This document shows positions 29,286 through 38,526 of a stretch of 64,000 nt of DNA, in pieces; positions within the stretch are counted from its first letter, which is position 1; each line of letters opens with the position of its first letter. Below the pieces are notes generated by a model. It searched no databases, was not told where the DNA came from, and worked only from the letters and a program-made list of their open reading frames with translations. Both the position numbers and the translations under genes were made by a program. The stretch lies in assembly GCA_032161105.1 (NCBI GenBank), contig JAVHTD010000002.1; one strand, written 5' to 3'. The DNA is from Candidatus Thermosaccharophagus tengchongensis. GTDB lineage: Bacteria > Armatimonadota > Fervidibacteria > Fervidibacterales > Thermosaccharophagaceae.

Positions 29286-29305
29286 TTCGCAGGGGCACTG
29301 AGCTT

Positions 29306-30499
29306 TCATTCCTCATCACTGGATTGCCTTCGTGGTGAGCGCAAGAATGTGGGCGTGTCTATATCCTCCATCCCCTCCTCCAGCTCTTTGAGCAGCTCGT
29401 CAACTCTGCGCCTTGCCCCAACCCGCTCCACACTCGCAGGTGGAGCTGTCCCGCCAGTTAGCACTTGCTCTTGCCTTCCCTCGCGGGCAACTTTCTGTTG
29501 GCTGCGTTGCCTTTCCAATTGTTCCCTACTTTCCATCTCTGTGCCTGCCCCAAACCCGGTGGCTATAAGCGTTAGGCGCACCTCATCCATAATTTGCTCA
29601 TCCAATGCTATGCCTATGCGCATGTCTAACCCTTCGGTGCCACACGCATCCTTGATGATCCTCATCACCTCATGCAGTTCCGGCGGCGAAAAATCCGCTG
29701 GTGCAATTATATTCATCAGCCCTCTCGTTGCGCCCTCAACTGAATGCTCAAGCAGCGGGTTTGAGATGGCATTTCTTGCAGCCTCAATATGCCGTTCGTC
29801 GCCTTTCCCAATGCCTATCCCGATCAATGCCACGCCCGCGTTCGTGAGGACACTCCTCACATCGGCAAAGTCAATGTTTATGTAGCCCGGAATCGTGATG
29901 AGGTCACTTATGCCCTGCACAGCTTGTCTTAGGACATCATCAACCATTGCAAATGCATCCTTGAGAGTCATGCGCTTGTCAGAGAGCTCCCATATCCTGT
30001 CATTTGGTATGGTGATGATGGCATCCACAACCTGCCTCAATTGTTTTATGCCCTCGTCAGCTATCCGTGCTTTCCCTATTCCCTCTTCGGCAAACGGCTT
30101 TGTCACCACAGCGACGGTGAGCGCTCCAAGTTCACGAGCCACCTGTGCCACTATGGGGGACGCTCCTGTTCCTGTGCCGCCGCCCATTCCAGCTGCGATG
30201 AAGACCATGTCCGGGCGTTCAAGCGCCTCGACTATCGCATCTCTATCTTGTTCAGCTGCTTGTCTGCCGATCTCCGGGTTGCCACCAGTCCCAAGCCCAC
30301 CTGTTAGGCGTTGACCAATCTGGACTCTGTTTTCGGTGAGCGATTTAGCTAAGTCCTGAACATCGGTGTTGATCACGATGAAGTCGACTCCCTTTAATCC
30401 CCACTCAATCATGTGATTGATGGCATTACCACCACCGCCTCCCACGCCGACCACTTTGATAATCGCGCCCTGCTTTGAGGCATTCATCATCCTCTCCAT
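29306..30499 (-). CDS. ftsZ: Cell division protein FtsZ
   Basis: IKVVGVGGGGGNA, AGMGGGTGTG, INIDFADV and C-terminal DTPTFLR motifs. Confidence 0.98.
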   Translation of the reverse strand: MERMMNASKQGAIIKVVGVGGGGGNAINHMIEWGLKGVDFIVINTDVQDLAKSLTENRVQIGQRLTGGLGTGGNPEIGRQAAEQDRDAIVEALERPDMVFIAAGMGGGTGTGASPIVAQVARELGALTVAVVTKPFAEEGIGKARIADEGIKQLRQVVDAIITIPNDRIWELSDKRMTLKDAFAMVDDVLRQAVQGISDLITIPGYINIDFADVRSVLTNAGVALIGIGIGKGDERHIEAARNAISNPLLEHSVEGATRGLMNIIAPADFSPPELHEVMRIIKDACGTEGLDMRIGIALDEQIMDEVRLTLIATGFGAGTEMESREQLERQRSQQKVAREGRQEQVLTGGTAPPASVERVGARRRVDELLKELEEGMEDIDTPTFLRSPRRQSSDEE

Positions 30500-30675
30500 C
30501 TTCTCGCCCCCTTTGGCATCCTCAATGCCATTTGGCAGTATCACAATACACCCTTTCGCATATCTGTGGCGCGTCATACGGTGATTGCAACGCTCTCACC
30601 TTCAGCGGTTTACTACCATTATGCATCATGGCGAAGCATCATGTCAACCATGCAATTTGACGATAGCAACAGGTA

Positions 30676-31845
30676 TCACTTGCGCCTCATGCGGCTCAAC
30701 TGCTCACTTGCGAATCTTCTCGCCCATGCATCCACTTCAAGCAGTTCATCTAACGATGGATTTGAAATAGCATCATGTGCCTGCATGACGCTCTCAATAA
30801 GGCGCGGTATGTCCATGAACCCAATCTCGTCCCTCAGGAATGCATTCACTGCAACTTCATCAGCAGCGCTCATGACCGCAGGCATAGTTCCACCGATAGA
30901 TGCAGCCTCACGCGCCAACCTGAGGCATGGGAAGCGCACGACATCAGGCTGCTCAAATGTCAGAGAGCCTATTGAAAGCAAATCGCATCCTGAGACTGGA
31001 GATGGAAGCCTGTGGGGATATAGCAGTGCATACTGTATCGGTAGGCGCATATCCGGCAGGCTCAATTGCGCCTTTATTGACCCGTCAACGAATTCAACCA
31101 TTGAGTGGATGATGCTCTGCGGGTGAATTAGAACCTCAATTTTTTCCGGCGGTGTGTCAAACAGCCACATTGCCTCAATTATCTCCAAACCTTTATTCAT
31201 GAGCGTTGCCGAGTCAATCGTGACTTTGGGACCCATCTTCCATGTTGGATGTGAGAGTGCCTCGGAGGGCGTCACCAGCTCAAGTTCGCTCAATGTCTTA
31301 CTCCTGAATGGACCACCTGAGGCTGTGAGTATTATCCGCTTTATACCCTCCCTTTGCTCGCCAAGGAGGCACTGGAAGATGGCACTATGTTCGCTATCAA
31401 CCGGTATGAGCTGCCCATCACTTTTGCGCCACACATCAATGACTATACTCCCACCAGCAACGAGTGCCTCTTTGTTTGCGAGCGCCAGTCGCTTACCTGC
31501 CTCAAGCGCTTTTATCGTCGGGACAAGCCCTATGCTGCCGCTGACGGCATTCAGCACGATGTCAACCTCGTGAAGCGTTGCAAGTTCAATCAGTCCATCC
31601 ATACCGACATGAACCTTCACATCCTCGCGCTGGAGCAAACTTTCAAGCCGCTTTGCAGCTTCGGCTTCATACACGCAGATGTGCTTTGCACCGCACCCCT
31701 CCCACTGCTCAATCAATGCCTCAACATTTGAGTAAGCAGCGAGCGCATAGATTTCAAGCTCGTCACTGTGCATGCGAGCTATCTCAATCGCCTGCCTCCC
31801 TATTGAGCCGGTTGAGCCAAGTATAGCAATCCTTGCCCTCCCCAT
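30676..31845 (-). CDS. dxr: 1-deoxy-D-xylulose-5-phosphate reductoisomerase
   Basis: LGSTGSIG, LANKE, PVDSEHSAIFQ, TASGGPFR and NKGLE motifs. Confidence 0.98.
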   Translation of the reverse strand: MGRARIAILGSTGSIGRQAIEIARMHSDELEIYALAAYSNVEALIEQWEGCGAKHICVYEAEAAKRLESLLQREDVKVHVGMDGLIELATLHEVDIVLNAVSGSIGLVPTIKALEAGKRLALANKEALVAGGSIVIDVWRKSDGQLIPVDSEHSAIFQCLLGEQREGIKRIILTASGGPFRSKTLSELELVTPSEALSHPTWKMGPKVTIDSATLMNKGLEIIEAMWLFDTPPEKIEVLIHPQSIIHSMVEFVDGSIKAQLSLPDMRLPIQYALLYPHRLPSPVSGCDLLSIGSLTFEQPDVVRFPCLRLAREAASIGGTMPAVMSAADEVAVNAFLRDEIGFMDIPRLIESVMQAHDAISNPSLDELLEVDAWARRFASEQLSRMRRK

Positions 31846-31858
31846 CTGGATTGCTCAC

Positions 31859-32542
31859 CTACCTGAGCCATCGCAGGAAGGCATTTGCAATGATATGCGG
31901 AGCTTGCTCAACTCCTACAAGAGCCACATTGACAACGATGTGATATAACGAGGCGTCGTTCCAATCAACGCCGTAGAACTGGCGCAAGTAAAGTGAGCGT
32001 CTTCTGTCGTGCTTCAATATCTCGCTTTGCGCCTGCTCTTTTGAGATGCCCAACGACGACGAAAGATGCTCTACGCGCCATTGCAATGGCGCCGTTAAAC
32101 GCACATGAAATGCTCTTGGCTTATTCCTCAGTATAGCCATCCCGCCCCGCCCAACAATGACTACGCCACCACGAAGGTATAACCGCTCAATGAGTTGCCT
32201 TATGAGCTCGGCATAGGCTTCATGGTCAAGCGGGTCGTATCGTGACACGGCGCCAGTTTGCCTTACCGAGAGCGTTTCCGGCGGATGCCTTATGATGCTC
32301 GGAGTCCAATGCACATCTGCGCATCTGCCACCATGCCGAAGCAGCATGTAAATGAACCGCAAAAGCGGGTTCATGTAAACTTCGTCAAACTTCTCAACTT
32401 CGTGTTCAGGCAACTCTGCCATTTCGGCAACATGCTTTATAACCTCTCGGTCAACAAATTCATATCCGAGCAAGTCAGCCACCTTATGTGCTATCAGTTC
32501 GCCGCTGCATCCATGCGCTCTGCTGATGGTTATGACAGCCAT
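31859..32542 (-). CDS. Cytidylate kinase-like family protein
   Basis: VITISRAHGCSG, VIVGRG, DRRRSLY and YGVDWND..LYH motifs. Confidence 0.85.
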   Translation of the reverse strand: MAVITISRAHGCSGELIAHKVADLLGYEFVDREVIKHVAEMAELPEHEVEKFDEVYMNPLLRFIYMLLRHGGRCADVHWTPSIIRHPPETLSVRQTGAVSRYDPLDHEAYAELIRQLIERLYLRGGVVIVGRGGMAILRNKPRAFHVRLTAPLQWRVEHLSSSLGISKEQAQSEILKHDRRRSLYLRQFYGVDWNDASLYHIVVNVALVGVEQAPHIIANAFLRWLR

Positions 32543-32690
32543 CTCATTGCCCTCCATGAAGCATCGGAGCAGCTCTGTGCGGGATGTCCGAGCACCTTTC
32601 GCGTTGCCAGCCAGATTGCGTTTAACCCTGCGATACAATTTTACTTAAAATGGCATCTGGTGGGCAATTGAACTTCGGAGGTGCTGGAGG

Positions 32691-33557
32691 GTGAAGCTTC
32701 TTAAGCCGTTATATGCGCTCGTAGCGGCAACTGCTGCGTTCCTTTATAGCCATGCATGCTCAGAACGAATCACATTCACCATCACTGAGGGGATGACGCT
32801 TCAAAGCGCACTGCAAGCGATCGCCAACCGCAGCGGTCAACCAGTTTATGTATCAAAGCGAGATGCTGAATTGATCAAAGCCTATCGCTTCCCGCCGCAC
32901 ATGATTGGAGTGACGGTTAGAGCTGACACGGCTGGGCAGGCGCTATCCTTCCTCTTCGGAGCCGGATGGGAAGGCTCCCCCATTCCCGCCGAGCTGCGTG
33001 ACAAAGCGAGCGACGATTACAAGCTCGCAAGAACACCGCCGATGATCAAGCTTAACGGCATCACAAGTTGGGCATGCAACAACCGATATTTTGATTGGAA
33101 GCCCGAGGGCAACGGCGTGCGCGTAATCGTGCGCCTACAGCCCGATGGCGATGTCGTCAAGCGAAAGCCATTTAAGCTTGAACTGGTGGATGAAGCTACA
33201 ATTGATGTTGTCAGAGATTTAATCAACCAATGCAGCGGGGTTTACTTCAACATCATTCCCGAGGAGCACAAGTTCATGCCCTCAAACTTGCTGCCACAAT
33301 ACAAGCGCTTGAAGGTGAAAGAGCCATTCCTTGTTCCGATGAGGGTGGCGCAGCTCTCGTTGCTTTTCGGCGCCTTGCTTGAAGAGGAGCACTCCCTCGG
33401 TGAGTGGTTAACCATGCTTGCCGAGGGATTGAACTTGCATTGCCGTCAAAGGGGATGCCTTTGGAAATGGACTGTGTGGTCTGAAGGGGATAAGGGGAAA
33501 CTCGTCTACACGCTTCGTTGCTATGCTCATCCAAGCGGTTCACAACCTGCGAAATGA
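32691..33557 (+). CDS. Hypothetical exported protein
   Basis: 288-aa ORF with GGAGG RBS and signal-peptide-like N-terminus. Confidence 0.6.
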   Translation: MKLLKPLYALVAATAAFLYSHACSERITFTITEGMTLQSALQAIANRSGQPVYVSKRDAELIKAYRFPPHMIGVTVRADTAGQALSFLFGAGWEGSPIPAELRDKASDDYKLARTPPMIKLNGITSWACNNRYFDWKPEGNGVRVIVRLQPDGDVVKRKPFKLELVDEATIDVVRDLINQCSGVYFNIIPEEHKFMPSNLLPQYKRLKVKEPFLVPMRVAQLSLLFGALLEEEHSLGEWLTMLAEGLNLHCRQRGCLWKWTVWSEGDKGKLVYTLRCYAHPSGSQPAK

Positions 33558-34618
33558 GGCGGCGCAGGATGAGCGGCGGGTCAAATCGGAGCAACTCATC
33601 CAGCTGCTCTGGCACAAAGGGTGTCGTTCAAACTATAGCGCCAACGGCTTCTTCATTTGCCGGAGCGATGCTCTCCTTCCTTTCTTACTTTGCGAGGGCT
33701 GAGTGGTCCGCTCCGGCAATCAGCCTCATCGCGTTGGTGGCACTGTTTAGTCTCATCTCGGAGCCATTTAGGCAGCCGGAAAATTTTTACAACATAGGTT
33801 TGCAAGCCCCGATCACGGTAATAATAGCTGTCGGACAAACGCTCGTCATAGCAGCCGGGGGAATTGATCTGTCAGTTGGGTCGGTGTTAGCATTGGCATC
33901 TGTCATTGCGGCGTGGTTGATAAATCGCGGGTGTGATCCGGCTGTAGGACTGCTCGTTGCCATCCTCATAGGATGCATTTGTGGCGCAATCAATGGTGCT
34001 CTTATCACTGTTGGGCGGCTCCCAGCTTTTGTTGCCACATTGGGCATGATGAGCGTTGCAAGGGGATTGGCTCATCTAATTAGCAAAGGCGTCAGCATCT
34101 TCATCCCGCAGAGTTGGTTTTGGAGCATAAGCAGCCAGCGGATTGTCTTCTTACCGCTGCCGTTCATTATAGCGATGCTGGTTGCATTTATGGGGCATGT
34201 GATCCTTGCTTACACGCGCCTCGGAAGATATCTGTATGCAGTCGGGGGCAACTATGAGGCGGCTCGCCTATCCGGAGTCCCAGTCAGATGGGTGCTCATC
34301 ACCGCCTTCATATTGTGTGGTCTTTGCACTGGGATAGCGGCGGTGGTGGAGGCATCACGCGTTACAATCGGTTCTCCAATGAGCGGCATTATGTATGAGC
34401 TGCATGCGATAGCCGCGTGCGTCATAGGTGGTGCAAGCTTATCTGGTGGGCGTGGGACGATACTTGGGACACTGGCTGGAGCTCTGCTCATGGCTGTTCT
34501 GCGCAACGGATGTGATGCGCTTAACTTGCGCTATGAATACCAACAAATAGTCATCGGCGTTGCAGTCATCGTTGCAGTCCTATATGACAGGTGGCGCTAC
34601 GCATCAAGGGCGAGTTGA
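33554..34618 (+). CDS. Monosaccharide ABC transporter permease (RbsC-like)
   Basis: GGIDLSVGS, PAFVATLG, AVGGNYEAARLSGV and IAACVIGGASLSGG motifs; ATGA overlap with the upstream gene. Confidence 0.92.
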   Translation: MRRRRMSGGSNRSNSSSCSGTKGVVQTIAPTASSFAGAMLSFLSYFARAEWSAPAISLIALVALFSLISEPFRQPENFYNIGLQAPITVIIAVGQTLVIAAGGIDLSVGSVLALASVIAAWLINRGCDPAVGLLVAILIGCICGAINGALITVGRLPAFVATLGMMSVARGLAHLISKGVSIFIPQSWFWSISSQRIVFLPLPFIIAMLVAFMGHVILAYTRLGRYLYAVGGNYEAARLSGVPVRWVLITAFILCGLCTGIAAVVEASRVTIGSPMSGIMYELHAIAACVIGGASLSGGRGTILGTLAGALLMAVLRNGCDALNLRYEYQQIVIGVAVIVAVLYDRWRYASRAS

Positions 34619-34693
34619 GAGTTGTCCCGTGTCAATTAGTCCTCGTGGCGATCGGGGCTCGTTGAGCATTAATGGTGAGTTGTGGAACACCCA

Positions 34694-36301
34694 TCAACCG
34701 CATCTACGAATGACCCTTCCCGGGAGCGCGCCTGTGAGTTGACCATCCGAGACGACAGCGACACCGTTCACAAAGACATGCCTTATCCCGATTGGAGCTT
34801 TGTATGGCTCTTCGTAAGTGCTCGTGTCAATCACAGATTGCGGATCAAAGATGACGATGTCGGCATAGTTGTTTTGCCTCAATTCGCCGCGCCCCCTCAG
34901 CCCAAACTTTGATGCCGGTAGCGATGTCATCTTCCTTATGGCTTCGGTGAGCGTAAGGACGCGCCTCTCGCGAACATACCGCCCGAGTATTCTCGGGAAT
35001 GTCCCGAAGGCTCTCGGGTGCGGTTTCCCTCTCAGTCCCTCCTTGCCATCTGCCGTGAACTTGCGTGCTGATGCATCCGTGCCAAACATTGTCCTCCCAT
35101 AACGCATGACGCAAATCACATCATCCTCTGAGAGCGAGAAACGAATCATTGTGGTCTGCGCTTTGTCCTCTGTGAGGATGTATACAAGCGCATCAAATGG
35201 CTCTTTTCCGATAGCCTCAGCCACTTCGGTCATTCTCAATCCCTCAAATTGCCTCAGGTGCTCATGTGCCACCTCGGAGAGCATTATCTGCCCCCATTCC
35301 TCATCCGAGCCGAAAGCTTCCTCAACTTCCCTGCGTATGCGCTGCAGCATGCCCTCATCTTTCAGCCTCTGGAGCAATTGTTCGGTGCCGCCTGAATGCA
35401 CCCACTTTGGGAGAACCATCTTGAGCGATGTCGCTGTTGCCGTATACGGATACTGGTCGCACGAGACATCCAGACCATGTTCATTTGCCCGCTCAATCAT
35501 CGGCAGCGTCTGCTCAACCTTCCCCCAGTTGTCTTTGCCAACAGCCTTGTGATGTGATATCTGCACGGGAACACCAGTTTGCCTTGCGACATCAACCGCT
35601 TCATGCACGGCTTCAATTAACTCGGATGACTCGTTACGCATGTGCGTCGCATATAAGCCGCTGTAATGACGCACAACTTTGCACAGCTCAACGAGCTCGT
35701 CAGGTTTGGAAAAACACCCCGGTGAATAAATGAGGCCGGACGAGAGCCCAATTGCACCTTCTTCAAGCGCTTCAGCCAACAGCATTTTCATCCGAGTCAA
35801 TTCGTCTTCTGAGGGCTCTCTATCCTCTTCTCCCATTATCGCAGAGCGTATCGTGTTGTGCCCAACGAATGTGGCTATATTCACGCTCACCCCGCCACCC
35901 TCAAGCTCCCCAAGGAACTCGGCGAGCCTCCTCCAGCGCCCTTGGATTCCGTATGTGTGCAATGGTGTCGCCAATTGCGAGGCTACATCCTCACCCAAAA
36001 CTGGTGCCGGTGAGAAACCGCAGTTCCCGCACACCTCGGTTGTGATGCCTTGCATCACTTTACTCTCGCAAAGCCTGTTTACTAAAAGCTCTTGATCCGA
36101 GTGACCATGAGCGTCAATGAATCCGGGGCATGCCACCATGCCTGTGGCATCAATGACGAGTTTGTAATTTGCATCCCAGCCGCTCGGCACCTGTCCAATG
36201 TGCTCAATCCTATCGCCGCAGATGACTATGTCTGCAAAGAATGGTTGACTTCCAGTGCCATCAATAACTGTGGCATTCCGTATGAGTATCCTCTCACCCA
36301 T
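34694..36301 (-). CDS. N-acyl-D-amino acid deacylase (D-aminoacylase)
   Basis: PGFIDAHGHSD, GNCGFS, THMRNE, ISHHK, DQYPY and PHPRAFGTFPR motifs. Confidence 0.92.
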   Translation of the reverse strand: MGERILIRNATVIDGTGSQPFFADIVICGDRIEHIGQVPSGWDANYKLVIDATGMVACPGFIDAHGHSDQELLVNRLCESKVMQGITTEVCGNCGFSPAPVLGEDVASQLATPLHTYGIQGRWRRLAEFLGELEGGGVSVNIATFVGHNTIRSAIMGEEDREPSEDELTRMKMLLAEALEEGAIGLSSGLIYSPGCFSKPDELVELCKVVRHYSGLYATHMRNESSELIEAVHEAVDVARQTGVPVQISHHKAVGKDNWGKVEQTLPMIERANEHGLDVSCDQYPYTATATSLKMVLPKWVHSGGTEQLLQRLKDEGMLQRIRREVEEAFGSDEEWGQIMLSEVAHEHLRQFEGLRMTEVAEAIGKEPFDALVYILTEDKAQTTMIRFSLSEDDVICVMRYGRTMFGTDASARKFTADGKEGLRGKPHPRAFGTFPRILGRYVRERRVLTLTEAIRKMTSLPASKFGLRGRGELRQNNYADIVIFDPQSVIDTSTYEEPYKAPIGIRHVFVNGVAVVSDGQLTGALPGRVIRRCG

Positions 36302-36588
36302 TTTTCTCCCCCCTTGAGCTTTGACTTTCCGCTCAAGGATGCGAGTTTATCTCACTTTCGCAGCGCAGGGTTGCTGCTGCGCATTGAACCGGCAATGCTC
36401 ATCTCCAAAATGCGTAAAGTTGTAATTCGCACGGCGTTGATGCAGCTGCATGTGCTGACCTTTGCAACCGGCATCAAGTTGCATTTTTGCTTTTTGGCAT
36501 GTTGGCGTCCATTGAAGCCATCCGAGGGCATAATTTGTGGCATGATAATGAGTTCGGCAAACACAGCCTTGAAGGGCGGTGGGTTGTA

Positions 36589-37668
36589 ATGGGCGACATA
36601 TTTCGCGTTGGCATAGTCGGATGTGGACGGAAAGCCTCCACCATTGACGATGAGGCGCATTTGCGTTGGCTGACAAACTATGATGTTGTTCCGAGCACGC
36701 ACACATCCGCATACCTGCAAAATCCGCACACCGAAATAGTTGCAGTGGCAGCTCGCACCGAGGAGTCACTTCGCCGATACATCTTGAGATGGGGCTTGCA
36801 CGATGTGCACACATACACTGACTACCGCAAGATGTTTGAGAACGAGCAGTTGGACATAGTGAGTGTCGTCACGCATGCTGATATGCATGCTGAAGTGACC
36901 ATAGCAGCCGCACGAGCCGGTGTGAAGGGAATCATCTGTGAGAAGGCTATGGCGACTTCATTGCGAGAGGCTGACGAGATGATAAGCGAATGCGAGCGAA
37001 ACAATGTCAAGCTACTAATAAACCATCCGAGGCGCTACCATCCCACATTTATCAAAGCGAAGGGGTTACTTGACTCCGGCGCCATAGGTGAGTTGAGGAG
37101 CATGCGTGGAGCTATCTGGACATTCCTCCTCCATAACGGAACGCACCTTTGGGATATGTTTTGCTACTTCGCTGGTGATGCCGAAACCGTTTGGGGGTAT
37201 GTTGCCGATGAAGATGTGCCAGACCCGGGAGGATGCGCGATGATTCGCTTCAGGGGTGGCGTCATGGCATTTGCCGATGTGATGACCATGCAGGGCTTCA
37301 ACATGCAGCTTTATGGCACCGATGGTCTGATTCACATAGACATGTTTCGTGAGGGCTTTCGCATTGAAGTTTACGAGGATGTGATACCGCCATCACCTGA
37401 CAGACCATATTACCAATTCCGCCCAAGGAGGATTTTGCGCAGCGAGCATGTTGGGGTAGAGCATCCATTTACGCCACCAATGCAAGCTGCAGTTCAGGAT
37501 TTGATTGATTCAATTCGTGAAGATAGGCAACCACGCTCAAGCGGTTATGATGGGCGCAAAGCTTTGGAGCTCGGAATAGCCGTTCATGCATCGGCGAAGC
37601 GCAACGGCGCTGCAGTCCATTTGCCGCTCAGCGGCGAGCATAGAGCGTTGCGCGTAATTTCAAGGTGA
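36589..37668 (+). CDS. Gfo/Idh/MocA family oxidoreductase
   Basis: VGIVGCG, ICEKAMA, NHPRRY and HNGTHLWD motifs. Confidence 0.88.
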   Translation: MGDIFRVGIVGCGRKASTIDDEAHLRWLTNYDVVPSTHTSAYLQNPHTEIVAVAARTEESLRRYILRWGLHDVHTYTDYRKMFENEQLDIVSVVTHADMHAEVTIAAARAGVKGIICEKAMATSLREADEMISECERNNVKLLINHPRRYHPTFIKAKGLLDSGAIGELRSMRGAIWTFLLHNGTHLWDMFCYFAGDAETVWGYVADEDVPDPGGCAMIRFRGGVMAFADVMTMQGFNMQLYGTDGLIHIDMFREGFRIEVYEDVIPPSPDRPYYQFRPRRILRSEHVGVEHPFTPPMQAAVQDLIDSIREDRQPRSSGYDGRKALELGIAVHASAKRNGAAVHLPLSGEHRALRVISR

Positions 37669-37694
37669 AGGAGCACAGCGCGTGGTGATGCAAC

Positions 37695-38477
37695 TTGGCT
37701 AAGCGAAAGACGAGGAAGGAGAAGGAGAGGGCAGCAAAGCGTTGGGAGCTGCTCAGGGAAATGACGCAGTTTGGATATGGCTTGCTGCCGGATGAGGTTG
37801 TGGAAAAGGCTTTCAAGGCTTACAGTGAGGCTGTCAAGCGATATGAGCGTGGTGAGTTGCGCGAAGCCGTGGAAGCATTATCTCGGGCATTACAGTTGAG
37901 CCCAAACGCTGTGCCAGCTTTAAAATTGCATGCGCGCATAATGATGCACCTTGAGCGATACGATGAAGCGATCTCTCTCCTGTCAAAGCTTTTGGAGCTC
38001 AGACCAAACGACGCTGAGTCTTATTTGGAACTCGGGTCGGCGCTTGAGCGCACAGGTCAATTAAGGCGAGCGCTTGATGCCTTTAGGAAAGCCGCTGAGA
38101 TTGCCACCTCACTCAGCCCGCAACCGAGTTGGCTTGATGAGCTAAATGCCCGATGTGAGCGGATTGAGAGAGAGCTTTCAAAGGAACGGGAATTGCGCTC
38201 GCTTCAGGAAAGGCTGAAGGAAGTTGAAGAACTCCTGCACCTCGCTGATGTGTATGAGAGGAGCGGCTTCCCAAGGCGCGCAAAAGACTACTTGCAAAGG
38301 GCTCTTGAGTTGAATCCCGAGGATGCCAAAGTGGCGCTTCGCATAGCTGAGATTGACATTGAGCTCGGAAATTTAAATGAGGCTTATGAGTTGCTCAACT
38401 CCATTGAGGAACGCCACCCAACATTTGCTGACAGTGTGCGGAGGCTAAAGGAAAGGCTCGCTCAAAAGGCTCAATGA
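37695..38477 (+). CDS. Tetratricopeptide repeat protein
   Basis: Repeated ALQLSPN / LLELRPN / ALELNPE helical hairpins. Confidence 0.82.
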   Translation: MAKRKTRKEKERAAKRWELLREMTQFGYGLLPDEVVEKAFKAYSEAVKRYERGELREAVEALSRALQLSPNAVPALKLHARIMMHLERYDEAISLLSKLLELRPNDAESYLELGSALERTGQLRRALDAFRKAAEIATSLSPQPSWLDELNARCERIERELSKERELRSLQERLKEVEELLHLADVYERSGFPRRAKDYLQRALELNPEDAKVALRIAEIDIELGNLNEAYELLNSIEERHPTFADSVRRLKERLAQKAQ

Positions 38478-38526
38478 AACAACCAGCGTGGTTTTGATGA
38501 TCCAGCTGCTGTTGGGCATGGAATGC

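Noticed and set aside
29262..29290. Right repeat end as a XerCD dif site or Tn7-type end
   Set aside because: Only superficial similarity; no XerD arm, no 5-bp duplication, and the repeat extends beyond the TGT/TGC.
29059..29885. Plus-strand ORFs 29059-29280 and 29187-29885 as a possible transposase
   Set aside because: No DDE, HTH or recombinase motifs; the longer ORF is the antisense shadow of ftsZ and crosses the repeat.
36347..36814. Minus-strand ORFs of 155 and 125 aa between the aminoacylase and oxidoreductase
   Set aside because: They overlap the oxidoreductase antisense, have no recognisable motifs, and the gap is better explained as a divergent promoter region.
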